A stretch of 64,000 nucleotides of DNA from contig OX337228.1 in assembly GCA_946965045.2 (NCBI GenBank), forward strand, positions 3,782,001 through 3,846,000. Direction: 5' to 3'. This document shows positions 34,661-45,926 of this stretch, piece after piece. Source of the stretch: Epithemia pelagica. Lineage: Eukaryota; Protista; Bacillariophyta. The stretch's first letter is position 1. Every line of letters starts with the position of its first letter. The position numbers and the translations under genes were made by a program. Below the pieces are notes generated by a model. The model was not told where the DNA came from. It saw only the letters and a list, made by a program, of their open reading frames with translations, and did no database searches.

Positions 34661-35482
34661 GGTAGAGATGTAGTGGTCTTGTAATTCTGCTTTGGTTGTG
34701 TTGTTGCAACAAGTCCTGTTCCTGTTGGTGTCGAAAATCGAAAAATGATGAGATGGAGAGATGCGCAAGGATCTGGGACGAACGAAACCCGGATGCTCTG
34801 AAAACTGGGACGTTGGTCTCGCGTGCGCGCACGTCGTGCTTCGGGATTCGGGACGACAAGCTCCACCCATATTCTTGGACAGGAAATAGGAACAAAGTAC
34901 CACAATCTATTGCCCATCATCATCATGGAATGAACCTATGACTACTGATCACCCATTAGAAACACAAGATTTCAGGCCCCCAATATACACAATAACAACA
35001 CTATATCTGCATACATACAAATATATATTTTATACATTCTTCATGTGAGGGAAAGGTCCGCCCCGTAGACCAGTAGTGAATCCTTCTCCCTACTAGAGGG
35101 GAACTGAGAAACAGCACTCTGCGCGTAGTCGTCGAGCACTGGATTTTCGTGGTTCCTCATTCGTAGGATCCTCCCGATCGCTTGTTGTTGGTTGTGACGA
35201 CGAGTCGTTGGGAACGAAACGAGGATTGCATCGAGAGTTCCGTACGCGTACCACAAAGGCGCGCACGACCCATTGGATATTCGTACAGTGCTGGCGGCTC
35301 ATTCCACGCCCGGAATGGATCGAAATGGGTGGAACATGGTGTGCAAACTCCCAATCACTGGAGATCCATGGCTTGTGTGTGCTCCGTGCCTTGGGATCCT
35401 CCATCCGAAAAATAGAATGCAGGTCCACAACACAAAATGGTGGTGGTGCCGTGTCGTCGCGCGACATCCCTCGGTCCTTCGA

Positions 35483-37141
35483 TTACGAGGACCGAAGATC
35501 TCTCTTGGTCGAGATCTTGCCATTGCTGGGTTTTCGGGAATGATTGGACGATTCCTTCTTTTCTTCCCATACGGACGACTTCTCTTGGGAGGAGGATGGT
35601 TGTTTGTTCTGAGAAGAGGAAAAGGACGACGATGACGAGTCTCGAGATGCCGGAGACACCTTGGCATGGTGGTTGTTTGTCGTCGTTGTTGTTGTTGTGG
35701 CTTGGTAGGGATAGGGATAGGCGGCGGAGGTGGTTCGGGGCGATGGACCACCACCACCACTACTACTCTTGGGATGATTTCGTGCCGCCACGGCTTCTTC
35801 GACTCGTTCTTTCAAGGCCACGGCGATTTGTGTGGCATGAAAGCCCAATTTGCGGGCCAGGGTCGATTTTTGCGCCCTACCAAAGAGCGTGGCCAATTGC
35901 GCCGTGGATTTGCGCAAGGTTTCGGTGGCGGCATTGGTTTTGAGGACGCGACGATTGTCAAAGGTGGGACAATAGGACAACAATTTGCCTTGATGGTCCG
36001 TTTCAAAGACATCGACAATCGTCAAGGTGACCAAATCGCCCGGTCGCAACAAGCCTTCGGGAGGATGGTATTCATTGAGAGCTCGGGGCGGCGGAGGAGA
36101 TCCTCCTCCTCCTCCTCCACTGCTACCACCCCGTCGGGGAGACGACGACGACGGACGACTGCTGCTGTTGGTACTCCCATGACTCGCCGTGACAAAGGAA
36201 TCGTCGGGACGCAACGACAACAAGGCTTCTTCTCCGTCCCCACCACCACCACTTTCATGGGGCGACGAAAAGTAGTCTTCGGTGGTGGCATCTTCCAATC
36301 CGGTCGCACTGCTCAGGGTGGTAAAGGAAGGAGGGGGAGGAAATTCATTCATCCAGGTCCACACGACTCGATGGGCGGCCGTGACACGATATCGACCTCC
36401 GGCAATCCGCATGACGGTCAATCCAGGTGGATCAATCAAATTCAAATGATCCCCGCCGGGCATGAGCGCCAGCCATCGGACAAAGAGTTGCGACAAGGCC
36501 GGTACACCCGCAGCCGCTTCCAATTCCATACCCGTCACTTGTTCGACTCCAAACAATTGCGAGGCCGTATGTGCTGCCGGCAAGACAACTTCGGCATCGT
36601 CGCAAAAGACCACAAAGGGTAAAGGCGTGGTGGAATGGTATCCACTCACGACGCTCGGTGTGGCATCCGTCGTCGTATCTTCGGCCAAACTACTTTCGGC
36701 ATCTTCGTATTCGGCATTCCATTCGTGCAAGGTCGTGGCACCGCCATTGCCTCGAAAGGGTGGCCGTCCATTCGGAGGATGCGTCCGAGACGACGACGAC
36801 AGGGCGCGTTGAAATTCTTCGGGATTGGAGAGTAAATACAACAAGGCCAAATGCATTTCTTGTACCACTCGTGTGGCATCGTCCGCATCGTTGCCATGAC
36901 TGTGCAGGTGGTGGTGATGACCGGGTGGATTGAGCATTTGAGCCGTGGCCAGACTGGCACCGTCTTCGTCTCGGGCCACAAAGAGTTCGGATTCCAATTC
37001 GGCCGTACTACTGGCGTATCCGACCGACTGCAAATCATCGTCTTGGTCTCCTCCTCCTCCTCCCAAATCATTGTGGCTGTTGTGGTGGTGATGGTTGTGA
37101 TTGTTGTCAACTGCCCCAGAGGCAGGATGATAATTCGGCAT
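35483..37141 (-). CDS. Hypothetical protein with a conserved-looking core (possible SnoaL/NTF2-like fold) and low-complexity inserts
   Basis: 555-aa ORF; ordered segments RYRVTAAHRVVWTWMNEF and DLVTLTIVDVFETDHQGKLLSYCPTFDNR; fold assignment tentative. Confidence 0.6.
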   Translation of the reverse strand: MPNYHPASGAVDNNHNHHHHNSHNDLGGGGGDQDDDLQSVGYASSTAELESELFVARDEDGASLATAQMLNPPGHHHHLHSHGNDADDATRVVQEMHLALLYLLSNPEEFQRALSSSSRTHPPNGRPPFRGNGGATTLHEWNAEYEDAESSLAEDTTTDATPSVVSGYHSTTPLPFVVFCDDAEVVLPAAHTASQLFGVEQVTGMELEAAAGVPALSQLFVRWLALMPGGDHLNLIDPPGLTVMRIAGGRYRVTAAHRVVWTWMNEFPPPPSFTTLSSATGLEDATTEDYFSSPHESGGGGDGEEALLSLRPDDSFVTASHGSTNSSSRPSSSSPRRGGSSGGGGGGSPPPPRALNEYHPPEGLLRPGDLVTLTIVDVFETDHQGKLLSYCPTFDNRRVLKTNAATETLRKSTAQLATLFGRAQKSTLARKLGFHATQIAVALKERVEEAVAARNHPKSSSGGGGPSPRTTSAAYPYPYQATTTTTTTNNHHAKVSPASRDSSSSSFSSSQNKQPSSSQEKSSVWEEKKESSNHSRKPSNGKISTKRDLRSS

Positions 37142-37738
37142 GGTGATCAATTAATGTCAATCGCTTCTGAAAGCGAGGGTTCGAACGAGGAGTGTGTGCG
37201 ACTCGTTGCAATACAAGAGGCTGACACAAATGCTTTGGACTCCTCCTCTCGTTCCTTGTTGGTGGTGGGTTTGGTAGTCTGCTCGTTCGTGTGGTGGTAA
37301 TTGGTACACAGCAATCGTTTTCTAGTCTAGCGCAGAAAGTTGGTTGGATTTGTCGCCATGGTCCTCTTTGTCTCGTCCGAGCGGTCGCAACGGTCGTGGT
37401 CGTGTCGAAAAGACCAAAATTTGCCAATTCATGGCATGGCAGGCTCGTAAAAATTCAACAGTACTTAGGGAACCGGACTGAACACAAGACCAAGAAAGAG
37501 GAATAGTTATGAAAAAAAGAAATCATTGCTCGACTACGAACTCGTCCGACACTCCATACTCCCATCCAAATCCAGATATCCAAAAGCTACCAGATCTGTC
37601 TACCGACCCGTTCCGCTAGGAGTACGAGCTCTAGGATATGAATAAGGACCATGAAACGCAACATCATGAAGCGAGGGATCCAACGATAGGGACTGTTGAT
37701 ATCGGACTCTCTAGTAGTAGTAGTAGTTCTACGAATCG

Positions 37739-39058
37739 CTAGGATATAAACAAGGATTCATATTGGAGTAGCGTGACACCCCGTTCGGCCAGGTAGGTTT
37801 TGATTTTGGGATTCTTTTCTTCCACATAATGGCCTTGTTCCAACAAACAGACTTGGGCCAAGAATAATTTGGAGAGTTTGCCTTGGACGATTTTTTCCAC
37901 CATGTCGGGTGGTTTGGGTTTGTTGTTGTTGGATTCTTGCAGTACTTGTTGTCGCAACAAGTCTCGTTCCTTGTCCAAGACTGCCGGTGGAACCTGGTCG
38001 ACGGTCAAGTACTGTGGTCGAGCTGCCACGACATGCATGGCCAATTTTTTGCCAATCTCGTACAATTCCGTCCGTGACAACACGGCATCGGAGGAGGATG
38101 GTTGCACCAAGACGGCGGCCGCGGCCGTTCCCGCGCAACTTTGGGGATGCACCCGATTGTGGACATAGCCGACCCATTGCGCTCCTGTTGTTGTTCCCGA
38201 GGAGGAGGACGACACTGGCACGTGCAATTGGAGTGCCGTCGAAACGGAGATATTTTCTCGAATAGCCAAGACGGCTTCCTCCAATTGTGTTTGAACTGTG
38301 GAACCATGTGGTGTGGACAATTGATCAATGGCCTCCTTGGACAAGACTGTTTTCGTTTCGCTAGTGGTGTCGTTGTTGTCGTTGGTGGTGGAGGATGTCA
38401 AGGCGGCTTGTGCAATGGTTTCCACCAAGTCGACAAAGCGTTGGGATCGTCCGGCAAAATCGGTTTCCGAGGCCACCTTGACCAAGACGGCCGATGGATT
38501 GCTTGTCGTCGTACCATCCTTGGACGACGATAAAAAACAGACCAATCCTTCCGTGCTGGCTCGATCGGCCACTTTGGAACTGGCCTTGGCGGCTCCATGT
38601 TGTCGCAACCAATCCATGGCGGTTTGAATCAAGGCTTGTTCGTAAGCGTTTTCGTCGTCGTGTGGTGGGGCACTCTGTTCTTCCACGGCGGCCTGCAAGG
38701 CTTTTTTGCATTCCACCACCGGAGCACCCGAAGCGGTACGAAGCGATTTCAAGGCGGTCAACGAATAGCCACCACTGTTGTTGTTTTGCGGAGAACAACC
38801 CGATGCATGAAACCATCGATGAAATGACCATGACCCATTCCATGCCACTCGTTTGGTCACAACCATGCGGTTGTGGGCCCCGCCGGTGGTTGGACGACCC
38901 AAATTGGGGAGAGTCGGAGTGGCCAGGACATGGGCCATTCGCCAAGATGAGCCTCGACAACGACTACGACTGCCAATTCCCATCCATGGTTGGCACGGAT
39001 TTGGAAACAAGGAAGAAGACGACGAAGCGGACCATCGTTTGCATGCTTGGCGAATCAT
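37739..39058 (-). CDS. TSFM: Mitochondrial translation elongation factor Ts
   Basis: LKSLRTASGAPVVECKKAL, KVASETDFAG, IRENI, KKLAMHVVA, KPPDMVEKIVQGKL; Arg/Ser-rich presequence. Confidence 0.92.
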   Translation of the reverse strand: MIRQACKRWSASSSSSLFPNPCQPWMGIGSRSRCRGSSWRMAHVLATPTLPNLGRPTTGGAHNRMVVTKRVAWNGSWSFHRWFHASGCSPQNNNSGGYSLTALKSLRTASGAPVVECKKALQAAVEEQSAPPHDDENAYEQALIQTAMDWLRQHGAAKASSKVADRASTEGLVCFLSSSKDGTTTSNPSAVLVKVASETDFAGRSQRFVDLVETIAQAALTSSTTNDNNDTTSETKTVLSKEAIDQLSTPHGSTVQTQLEEAVLAIRENISVSTALQLHVPVSSSSSGTTTGAQWVGYVHNRVHPQSCAGTAAAAVLVQPSSSDAVLSRTELYEIGKKLAMHVVAARPQYLTVDQVPPAVLDKERDLLRQQVLQESNNNKPKPPDMVEKIVQGKLSKLFLAQVCLLEQGHYVEEKNPKIKTYLAERGVTLLQYESLFIS

Positions 39059-39444
39059 GGTGGTGGTGGTGGTGGTGGTGGTCTCTGGACGACACCGAAA
39101 TGGGACAGATCTGATGAATCATGTGAGATTGACAAAAGATCCACTGACTGAGGGACGGACAGACGAACTCAAAAAATGAGAGCGGGAGAGTCGACGAATC
39201 TCGCGTGCGCGCAGGTCGGTCAATCTATCGAAGTCGAAAGAAGAAGCTCCTCCATATTCGTACTTACGCAATCAAATACGTACGACACGAGACGCACATG
39301 AGAGATGAATGAGTAAGACCAACAACGCAAAGCAGATCCACACACAAACACACTGCGAATCTTTTGACAAGAAGAAGCTCTTGCAGAGCACCAGTAGCAC
39401 GGTCGTTCTCCTTCCAAACAACAACTCTATAGAGTATCGCAAGA

Positions 39445-41265
39445 ATGTGTGCTTCATCATCCTCATGGCCATTGACGGATGCCGCCCTGGTGGCGTGTGA
39501 CCAACATCCCGATTCCGACGTTGAAGCGGCCTTGGCCTTTTGCCACTCTAGCGTGCCTGCCTTTTGTGCGGCCGACAATGATCGTCTCGTCAAGGTGGGG
39601 CGATCGGTCCGTAGTTTGCTGGAGCTCTTTTTCTCCACCACCACGGCCGCTAGCAACAACGACAGCAACGAGGAACCCGACACGAAAAAGATCAAAACGA
39701 CCACCCTTGGGGAGACTGAAAAGAAGGACTTGGAAGCCTCCTTGGCCATGCTCGTGGACGAATGCAACCTACTCATTTCCAATCAATGCAAAGTCCCTCG
39801 CGTCCCCTTTGGTAAGACGGGGTTATCCATGCCCATTGTGACCTTGGGCTGTATGCGCTTTCAACAAGCGTGGGGACCGCACATTACCAACATGAATATG
39901 GTACAGGCCGATTGTCAAGACAATTTGGTCGCCATTCTGAAACGAGCCATTTTGGACTTTGGAATGAATCACATTGAAACAGCGCGTGGGTATGGAAGTT
40001 CGGAACTCCAATTGGGCGTGGCCCTCCAACAACTCTTTGCCACCACCTCCATTCGACGGGAGGATCTTATTTTGCAAACCAAGGTCAATGCCATGAAAGA
40101 CCCCAAACAGTTTCGACAGACGCTAGAAACATCTTTTGCCAAGCTTCAAGTGGACTATCTAGACTTGTTTGCCTTTCATGGACTCAACTTGCCCATTCAA
40201 ATGGAATGGATCTTTGGTGGAAAGGATATTACCAATGAGACGGAAACGTGTTACAGTGTCATTCAAGAATATGTCAAGGCTGGGAAAATACGTCACATTG
40301 GCTTTAGCACTCATGGTTCCACCGATTTGATTTTGGAGTGCATTCGGAAAGACGTCTTTAGTTATGTCAATCTACATTATCACTTTGTGGGCTCGTATAC
40401 CGCTTCGGGCGGTGGTCCCGATGGACACGGCAATCGCGAATGCATCCGCTTGCTCAATAAAAAACAAATGGGAGTATTCATCATTTCTCCCTTTGACAAG
40501 GGCGGTGCCCTCTACCGACCCTCCCGGACCATGCGCAAGTTGAGCTTGCCGGAACTGGAACCCATGGCCTTTGAATGCTTAAGGATTTGGAATCATCATG
40601 AATTGTTTCCCGGTCTGCACTGTCATACCTTTACCAATGGCGCCGCTCGACCCAGTGATTTGGATCAAAGTGCCGTAGCTGCCTATTGGCATGTCCACCG
40701 CGAGGAAAATGGCATTGTGGATAAATTGAAAACGGTCCATCAACGACTCTTGGACCATCAAGTACAAGTCTTGGGCAAGGACTGGGCCGCTACTTGGTGG
40801 AACGGTTTGACCAAGGCCAATGACAATCCCCATTTGATTGAACACAATCAAATTGTTTGGATTTACATTTGTACCATGGTCTATGGACTCTACCACTTTG
40901 CCCAGGCTCGCTATGCCTCGTTTGAATCCAATGCCAAGAATTGGAAGTCTACAGAAACCGTGGAACAAAATTTGGAACGCTTGCGGATTGGATGGGGCTT
41001 TGTCCCGGGATTGCCCCTGGATCGGACGGTCGATTATCTTCAGACGGTGGATTTGCAGCACGTGCCGGCCGCAAATGTCGAATTGGTCCAACGGGCCCAC
41101 GCCTTTGTGTACAAATATCTGGCCACACCGCCGCCACCCTCCACCAAGGAAGAGGAGGACCAGAAGGGTACGGCGGCTCGGAGCAAGATTCCCAAGGAAT
41201 GGATGGACTCGTACGATATGAGAACATGGGACGATTTTCCCAACCGGATTAAACGAGTCGAATAA
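39445..41265 (+). CDS. Aldo/keto reductase family oxidoreductase
   Basis: PFGKTGLSMPIVTLGCMRFQ, NHIETARGYGSSE, LILQTK, YLDLFAFHG, IRHIGFSTHG. Confidence 0.85.
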   Translation: MCASSSSWPLTDAALVACDQHPDSDVEAALAFCHSSVPAFCAADNDRLVKVGRSVRSLLELFFSTTTAASNNDSNEEPDTKKIKTTTLGETEKKDLEASLAMLVDECNLLISNQCKVPRVPFGKTGLSMPIVTLGCMRFQQAWGPHITNMNMVQADCQDNLVAILKRAILDFGMNHIETARGYGSSELQLGVALQQLFATTSIRREDLILQTKVNAMKDPKQFRQTLETSFAKLQVDYLDLFAFHGLNLPIQMEWIFGGKDITNETETCYSVIQEYVKAGKIRHIGFSTHGSTDLILECIRKDVFSYVNLHYHFVGSYTASGGGPDGHGNRECIRLLNKKQMGVFIISPFDKGGALYRPSRTMRKLSLPELEPMAFECLRIWNHHELFPGLHCHTFTNGAARPSDLDQSAVAAYWHVHREENGIVDKLKTVHQRLLDHQVQVLGKDWAATWWNGLTKANDNPHLIEHNQIVWIYICTMVYGLYHFAQARYASFESNAKNWKSTETVEQNLERLRIGWGFVPGLPLDRTVDYLQTVDLQHVPAANVELVQRAHAFVYKYLATPPPPSTKEEEDQKGTAARSKIPKEWMDSYDMRTWDDFPNRIKRVE

Positions 41266-41831
41266 TCCTTGTGATGGTTCCTCCGACACATTGTACACAG
41301 CGAGGAGGTTGGTACACCGTGAGAGAGACTCCCAGATACAACAGGAAGAGCATCATAGTACAACTGCACATAATCTTATATTCACACAAGAGGAAGGGTT
41401 TTTCCCGAACCAAGCATTGCTAAGTCTATTCCTAGGAGTATAATGTGAGCAAAACAGAAGCTCTCGCCACTTACTCCTAGGAATACTCTCTAGGAGTAGT
41501 TCTAGAGGAGAAGGAGAGTAGGGGGTCGTCGTTACGTAGTAAGGGTAGCCGGGACCCGGACCGGTTTCATTCTTGAATAAAGATCGATGAGATAATAATG
41601 GCCCAACTAAATATCGCACCTATTGACCATCTTTGGGGTGTACTGATTGGTCTTGGTCCTCATCCAATCCCTATCGCTTAAGATACGAAAATCGTTAGAT
41701 GTGATAAAGGTATTTCGAAAGGCCAGTCTTGAGTTGTCAGATGGCATCACGTGATTCTACGATCTCTCTCTTGGGACAAAAGACCACGATTTTTTTATTC
41801 CATACACCATTTTCTTGGTTCTCTGGTCACG

Positions 41832-43271
41832 ATGATGATGGATCCATATACCACACGGCCTCCGCAGGATGACGACGATTACTATGAGGAGGAAGTGATT
41901 GAAGAAGACGGTGACGAGTATATATTGGAAGTCGAGGCCGACGATGATGAATTTACCGAAGTCTCTGTCGAAGTGGATGACGAGTTTACGGTCCACGAGT
42001 TGCAAGACGCAATGACTCGGACGAAAGAAGCCCACACAGAGGCCATGATGCAAAGTGCTCGGGCGGAGGCTGCTCGAGCCAACCACGACGCCTTACTGGA
42101 TAAAAGGAAACAACTGGAAGCGCAGTTGGAAGATGTACGACTGGCACAAGAACAGGAACTTGCTCGGCTCTCCGATCAAAAGAAGGAGCAACAGCAAGAA
42201 GAGATGGAAAAACAAGCTTTGGCCAAAAAGACAAGTACGCTTCAGTTTCAGATTTGCGCCGAAGCAGCGGCTGCCAAGACAGCGGAAGCAGAACTTCAAA
42301 AGGCACAAGCTGCACAAGAAGCAGCCAAGAAAAAGCGTGCCGAAGAAGACGCCAAGATGCGAGCCAAAATACAAAATGTCAAGGAAACCCAGAAATCACG
42401 AAAGTCGTCGAACAACAAAAAGGCTGCAAAGGAAGGAGCAGCCCCGGAAAAGCGCCGTGGTATCTTCTTCCGTCTGTTCAGTCGACAAAGGTCGAAATCG
42501 GTTGGAAAAGAAAAGGCATCGCGTCGGAGATCAAAGAAAGGAGGGTCACCTGTCACCGAAACACCTCCGGCCTCGCAAGAAATGACTGCAAAGTCCCGAT
42601 CTGCTTCAATTACAAAGGCTCCCACCTCACCTGCTCCAGCTGCCGTGTCGAAACCACCCGTTGCGGCCAACCCGCCGCCACAAGCTCCGCCCAAAGCAGC
42701 AGTTCCAGAACCTACTTATACTTCGGCTCCTTTGCGTGTTCCCTCTACTTCCACGAAACCAGCCACCTCCGCTGTGGTTGACAACCCTAAACCAGTTCCA
42801 ACCAAGCCCACACCAGCCGTTGCTCCGATTGTATCGGAGCCAAAGGCTGCCCCAGCAGTAGCGCCACGGAATCCAGTACCCTCGGCGCCCGAGCCCAAGC
42901 CGGTATCCGCTCCTCCTCCCAAAGTCACAGCCAGTCCTCCTGCTCCCCCTCCACCAAAACCGGCTCCACCTGCACCCAAGCCTGTAGCCACTCCACCGGC
43001 ACCCAAACCGGTGGCACCTCCAACTCCACCCGTAGAAGCGGCCCCCGCTTCTACACCAGTCGCCGATAAGGGAGGCGACGACGAACCTGTAACATTCTAC
43101 AGTGTGGAGGAACTTCGGAAAATGTCAGTGCCTGGACTCGATTATCCCAATCGCGAAAAGTACTTGTCACCGAGCGATTTCCAAGAACTCTTTGAATGCA
43201 CCAAAGAGGAATTCGCAGCCATGCCAAAATGGAAACAAACCAAGGCCAAGCGGGCCGTCAAAATGTTTTAA
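41832..43271 (+). CDS. Villin-headpiece domain protein with acidic N-terminus, coiled coil and Pro-rich linker
   Basis: C-terminal REKYLSPSDFQELFECTKEEFAAMPKWKQTKAKRAVKMF matches the villin headpiece (HP35) signature. Confidence 0.82.
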   Translation: MMMDPYTTRPPQDDDDYYEEEVIEEDGDEYILEVEADDDEFTEVSVEVDDEFTVHELQDAMTRTKEAHTEAMMQSARAEAARANHDALLDKRKQLEAQLEDVRLAQEQELARLSDQKKEQQQEEMEKQALAKKTSTLQFQICAEAAAAKTAEAELQKAQAAQEAAKKKRAEEDAKMRAKIQNVKETQKSRKSSNNKKAAKEGAAPEKRRGIFFRLFSRQRSKSVGKEKASRRRSKKGGSPVTETPPASQEMTAKSRSASITKAPTSPAPAAVSKPPVAANPPPQAPPKAAVPEPTYTSAPLRVPSTSTKPATSAVVDNPKPVPTKPTPAVAPIVSEPKAAPAVAPRNPVPSAPEPKPVSAPPPKVTASPPAPPPPKPAPPAPKPVATPPAPKPVAPPTPPVEAAPASTPVADKGGDDEPVTFYSVEELRKMSVPGLDYPNREKYLSPSDFQELFECTKEEFAAMPKWKQTKAKRAVKMF

Positions 43272-43433
43272 ACCGATGCGGAGAATCGTGTGTGAGGATT
43301 TCTTCTGCGTGGGCTGCAACATGGCGCACTATGGGTGGACTCTAGTGCACAAAACGTTAACTTTTTCTATTCCAATTACCAATCTATAGATACATTGCTA
43401 GGTCTGACCTTGCGATACAAGTGGTCGGAGGGA

Positions 43434-44546
43434 TCATGCTGTTCTGGTTGTTGGGCGAGAATCGGTCATTGTTTTAAGTTCACTTTCTGTCAACCACGTA
43501 TGTTGTCTGTCACTGGAAACCCACAAACCTTTGAGTGCTGGTACACCATCTGTGTCTTCTGTATTTCGTTCTTGGTTGGCTTCCGACAATGGAGGAGGCG
43601 GCGAAAGGCTTTGTGTAATACATCGTGTACATATGTCAATGGCTTGGTGTTTCGAGAGGGCTGCAACCTTGTTCGTGGCCAAGTCACTACTTTCTGTATG
43701 ATTCATCCTGTCCAGTTCCATCATTATGGCATGTTCGGCTTCCGCGGCATTTCGTCCCAGTACGGCTCCACGACATTTCCAAAATTGGCCGGTTGGATCG
43801 ACTCTCCAAATTTCGTTGTGGGTAAAGACCAAAGCAAAGGCGGCCAACATGCGGCCACTGTCGGTCCGTTGTACTTGTGTGAGAATTTGCATATTGTCGG
43901 CCAATCGTCGTGCCACAATATCGGGGCGGTCCCACGTTATGGAGGTGGTTGAATCGTGGCTCTGTTGTGGTGGTGGAGGCAATTGTTCAGCCCGGATTTC
44001 TTCGGCCAATCGATGGAGTCGAAGGCGCAAGATTTGGGAATCGACGTGGTTCCCTGCCGTGACTGCCCACATATTGGTCGACAGACGCACAAAGGGTGGC
44101 CGAGCCACACCGGTTTCCGGCACAATCAGGGATACAAAGGAGGAGGTGGATGTTGAAGTGGTGTTGTTGTCTGTCATGCTGGATGAGTTGGTACTGCTAC
44201 CATTGCCATTTGTGGGTGGTTTGGGCACGTAGGGAGATTCCGCAAGACTGGCAACTACTACAACTCCTTCTCGACAATGAACTGCTGCAACAAGGTTGTT
44301 GGAGGGGTCTTGGAGGAGACCCGCTTGTGCCGCCATTTCCACCGAGCTCAAACGTCCACCTGGTGCAAAGGTGGAGGGCGGCAGAAAGGCATGGTTCGCA
44401 CTGTTTTGGGAAGACGATGATGATGATGACGCGTCCACCCCCAAGTCAACCTGACAAAGGCACCAAAGGTTGAAAGCAGAAAAGGCAATGATTCGACTGA
44501 TCCAGAAGGGCTGTCGTTTTGCACCGAACCACAGAACAAATCTCAT
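43434..44546 (-). CDS. Divergent 20S proteasome alpha-type subunit with N-terminal signal-peptide-like extension
   Basis: STFAPGGRLSSVEMA (cf. TFSPxGRLxQVEYA), AVHCREGVVVVA, IWRVDPTGQFWKCRGAVLGRNA. Confidence 0.7.
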   Translation of the reverse strand: MRFVLWFGAKRQPFWISRIIAFSAFNLWCLCQVDLGVDASSSSSSSQNSANHAFLPPSTFAPGGRLSSVEMAAQAGLLQDPSNNLVAAVHCREGVVVVASLAESPYVPKPPTNGNGSSTNSSSMTDNNTTSTSTSSFVSLIVPETGVARPPFVRLSTNMWAVTAGNHVDSQILRLRLHRLAEEIRAEQLPPPPQQSHDSTTSITWDRPDIVARRLADNMQILTQVQRTDSGRMLAAFALVFTHNEIWRVDPTGQFWKCRGAVLGRNAAEAEHAIMMELDRMNHTESSDLATNKVAALSKHQAIDICTRCITQSLSPPPPLSEANQERNTEDTDGVPALKGLWVSSDRQHTWLTESELKTMTDSRPTTRTA

Positions 44547-44776
44547 GGTGGTCGTAGGATTTGGAGCATAGTTGGTGAAGAAAAGCTATGCCGCTCGGAC
44601 TGCGCGGCGCGACCGACGGTTGAAACGTGCGCCTGTCCGTGGCATTCAGATTATGCGCGATCCAGTCATAGGTTCCGAGTTCCGAACAGATCGAGGCTCC
44701 CTGTATTTGTATTATTACGAGTATCTTGTTAATTGACTATGATAGAACCCTGGACAAAAGGAAAGTCCTACGGTAA

Positions 44777-45065
44777 AGAGGAGGACCAGTACAAGGAAGG
44801 TTCGTGGCAAAGGGTTCAACGTGAAAAGATCGTTTTTGCAATGCTGCTATTTCGTCTTTACCAGTGGAGACGATAAACATAGAACAACTACAATACCTTA
44901 TTGACAAGCACTAGTACGTCAAAAAGAAAGTAAGAGGAGGACCAGTAAACTGGAAGATTCATGGCAGGGATGAATGTCACGAGGTCGTTTTTGAAATGCT
45001 GCTATTTCGTCTTTGCCATCGAAGACGATAAAAAACTATCTTGTCGACAAACACTAGAGACGTAC
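44777..45065. repeat. Diverged tandem duplication, about 156-bp period
   Basis: AGAGGAGGACCAGTA at 44777 and 44933; AATGCTGCTATTTCGTCTTT at 44840 and 44995; GAGACGATAAA/AAGACGATAAA and GACAAGCACTAG/GACAAACACTAG follow in register. Confidence 0.85.
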
Positions 45066-45926
45066 TACTCCTACGAACCATGGAAAGCGTTGCTGTACTC
45101 TTTTTTGCAGCTTTGGCCAGATGATAGAGGTGAAATGACTGCAAATCTTCTCTTTCAGGTATTGGACATGGACCTTCATCTTGGCCAAGTCCACATTGCA
45201 ATTGGGCAACGCAGAATGCGGGACGGAAGTTGGCGAAAGCATGATTTTAACTATGGTCGAACGCCTCCTTGCACAAATAGTTCCGTTCAACACATAGATA
45301 CGTGATGGCAAGCATTGGAAACAGAAACCGTTATCTCTCTGTTTTTCATGACTTCTAGGCCGAAACCATGCATATAGGAGTAGACATTCAAGAAAAAGAA
45401 TAGGCCTGTTTGATCATTGATAGCTTGAGAGCAGTCGCGCACAAAGAGAAGATTTCACATTGTACAATTACGCGACCAACTGCTCACAGAATAACCCCTT
45501 ACGGAATTCTCGTTTCCGAATGAATCGGTCGCGGACCTTCGCGGACACTTGTATCTTCAAGTCTCAGCGCTGACATGTGAGTTCTTCACAATAAGAATTG
45601 CACCGAAAAGAAACACCGCCTTCTGGGGTGTCACGAAACATCTCGCCAAAGCTGTCATGAGAAGTGTCAGATTCGACGTCTGGAGATACACCAAATCAGG
45701 CTATTGCAGTACGTAGAAATCGTACCAAAGGCCTCTCATTTTTTGCCGTTCTCCAGGAAAATACGAGGGATGTGAGTTCGCACTTCCCCCTCACACATTA
45801 AAACATTTCTTCGATACTAGCAGGAAGTGTGTGTATTCCGTGAATGTTGGAGGCAGTGGCTGATTGACAAACCAAAGACAGTGTGTCACTCCAGCATCAA
45901 AAGCAGAGAGCAGAAGCAATCGAACA

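Noticed and set aside
27460-39085. Trinucleotide runs (TTC, CAT, GTT, TGG) as mobile or regulatory repeats
   Set aside because: They mostly encode poly-Glu/His/Asn/Thr tracts or lie in UTRs. They are ordinary low-complexity expansions seen throughout the window.
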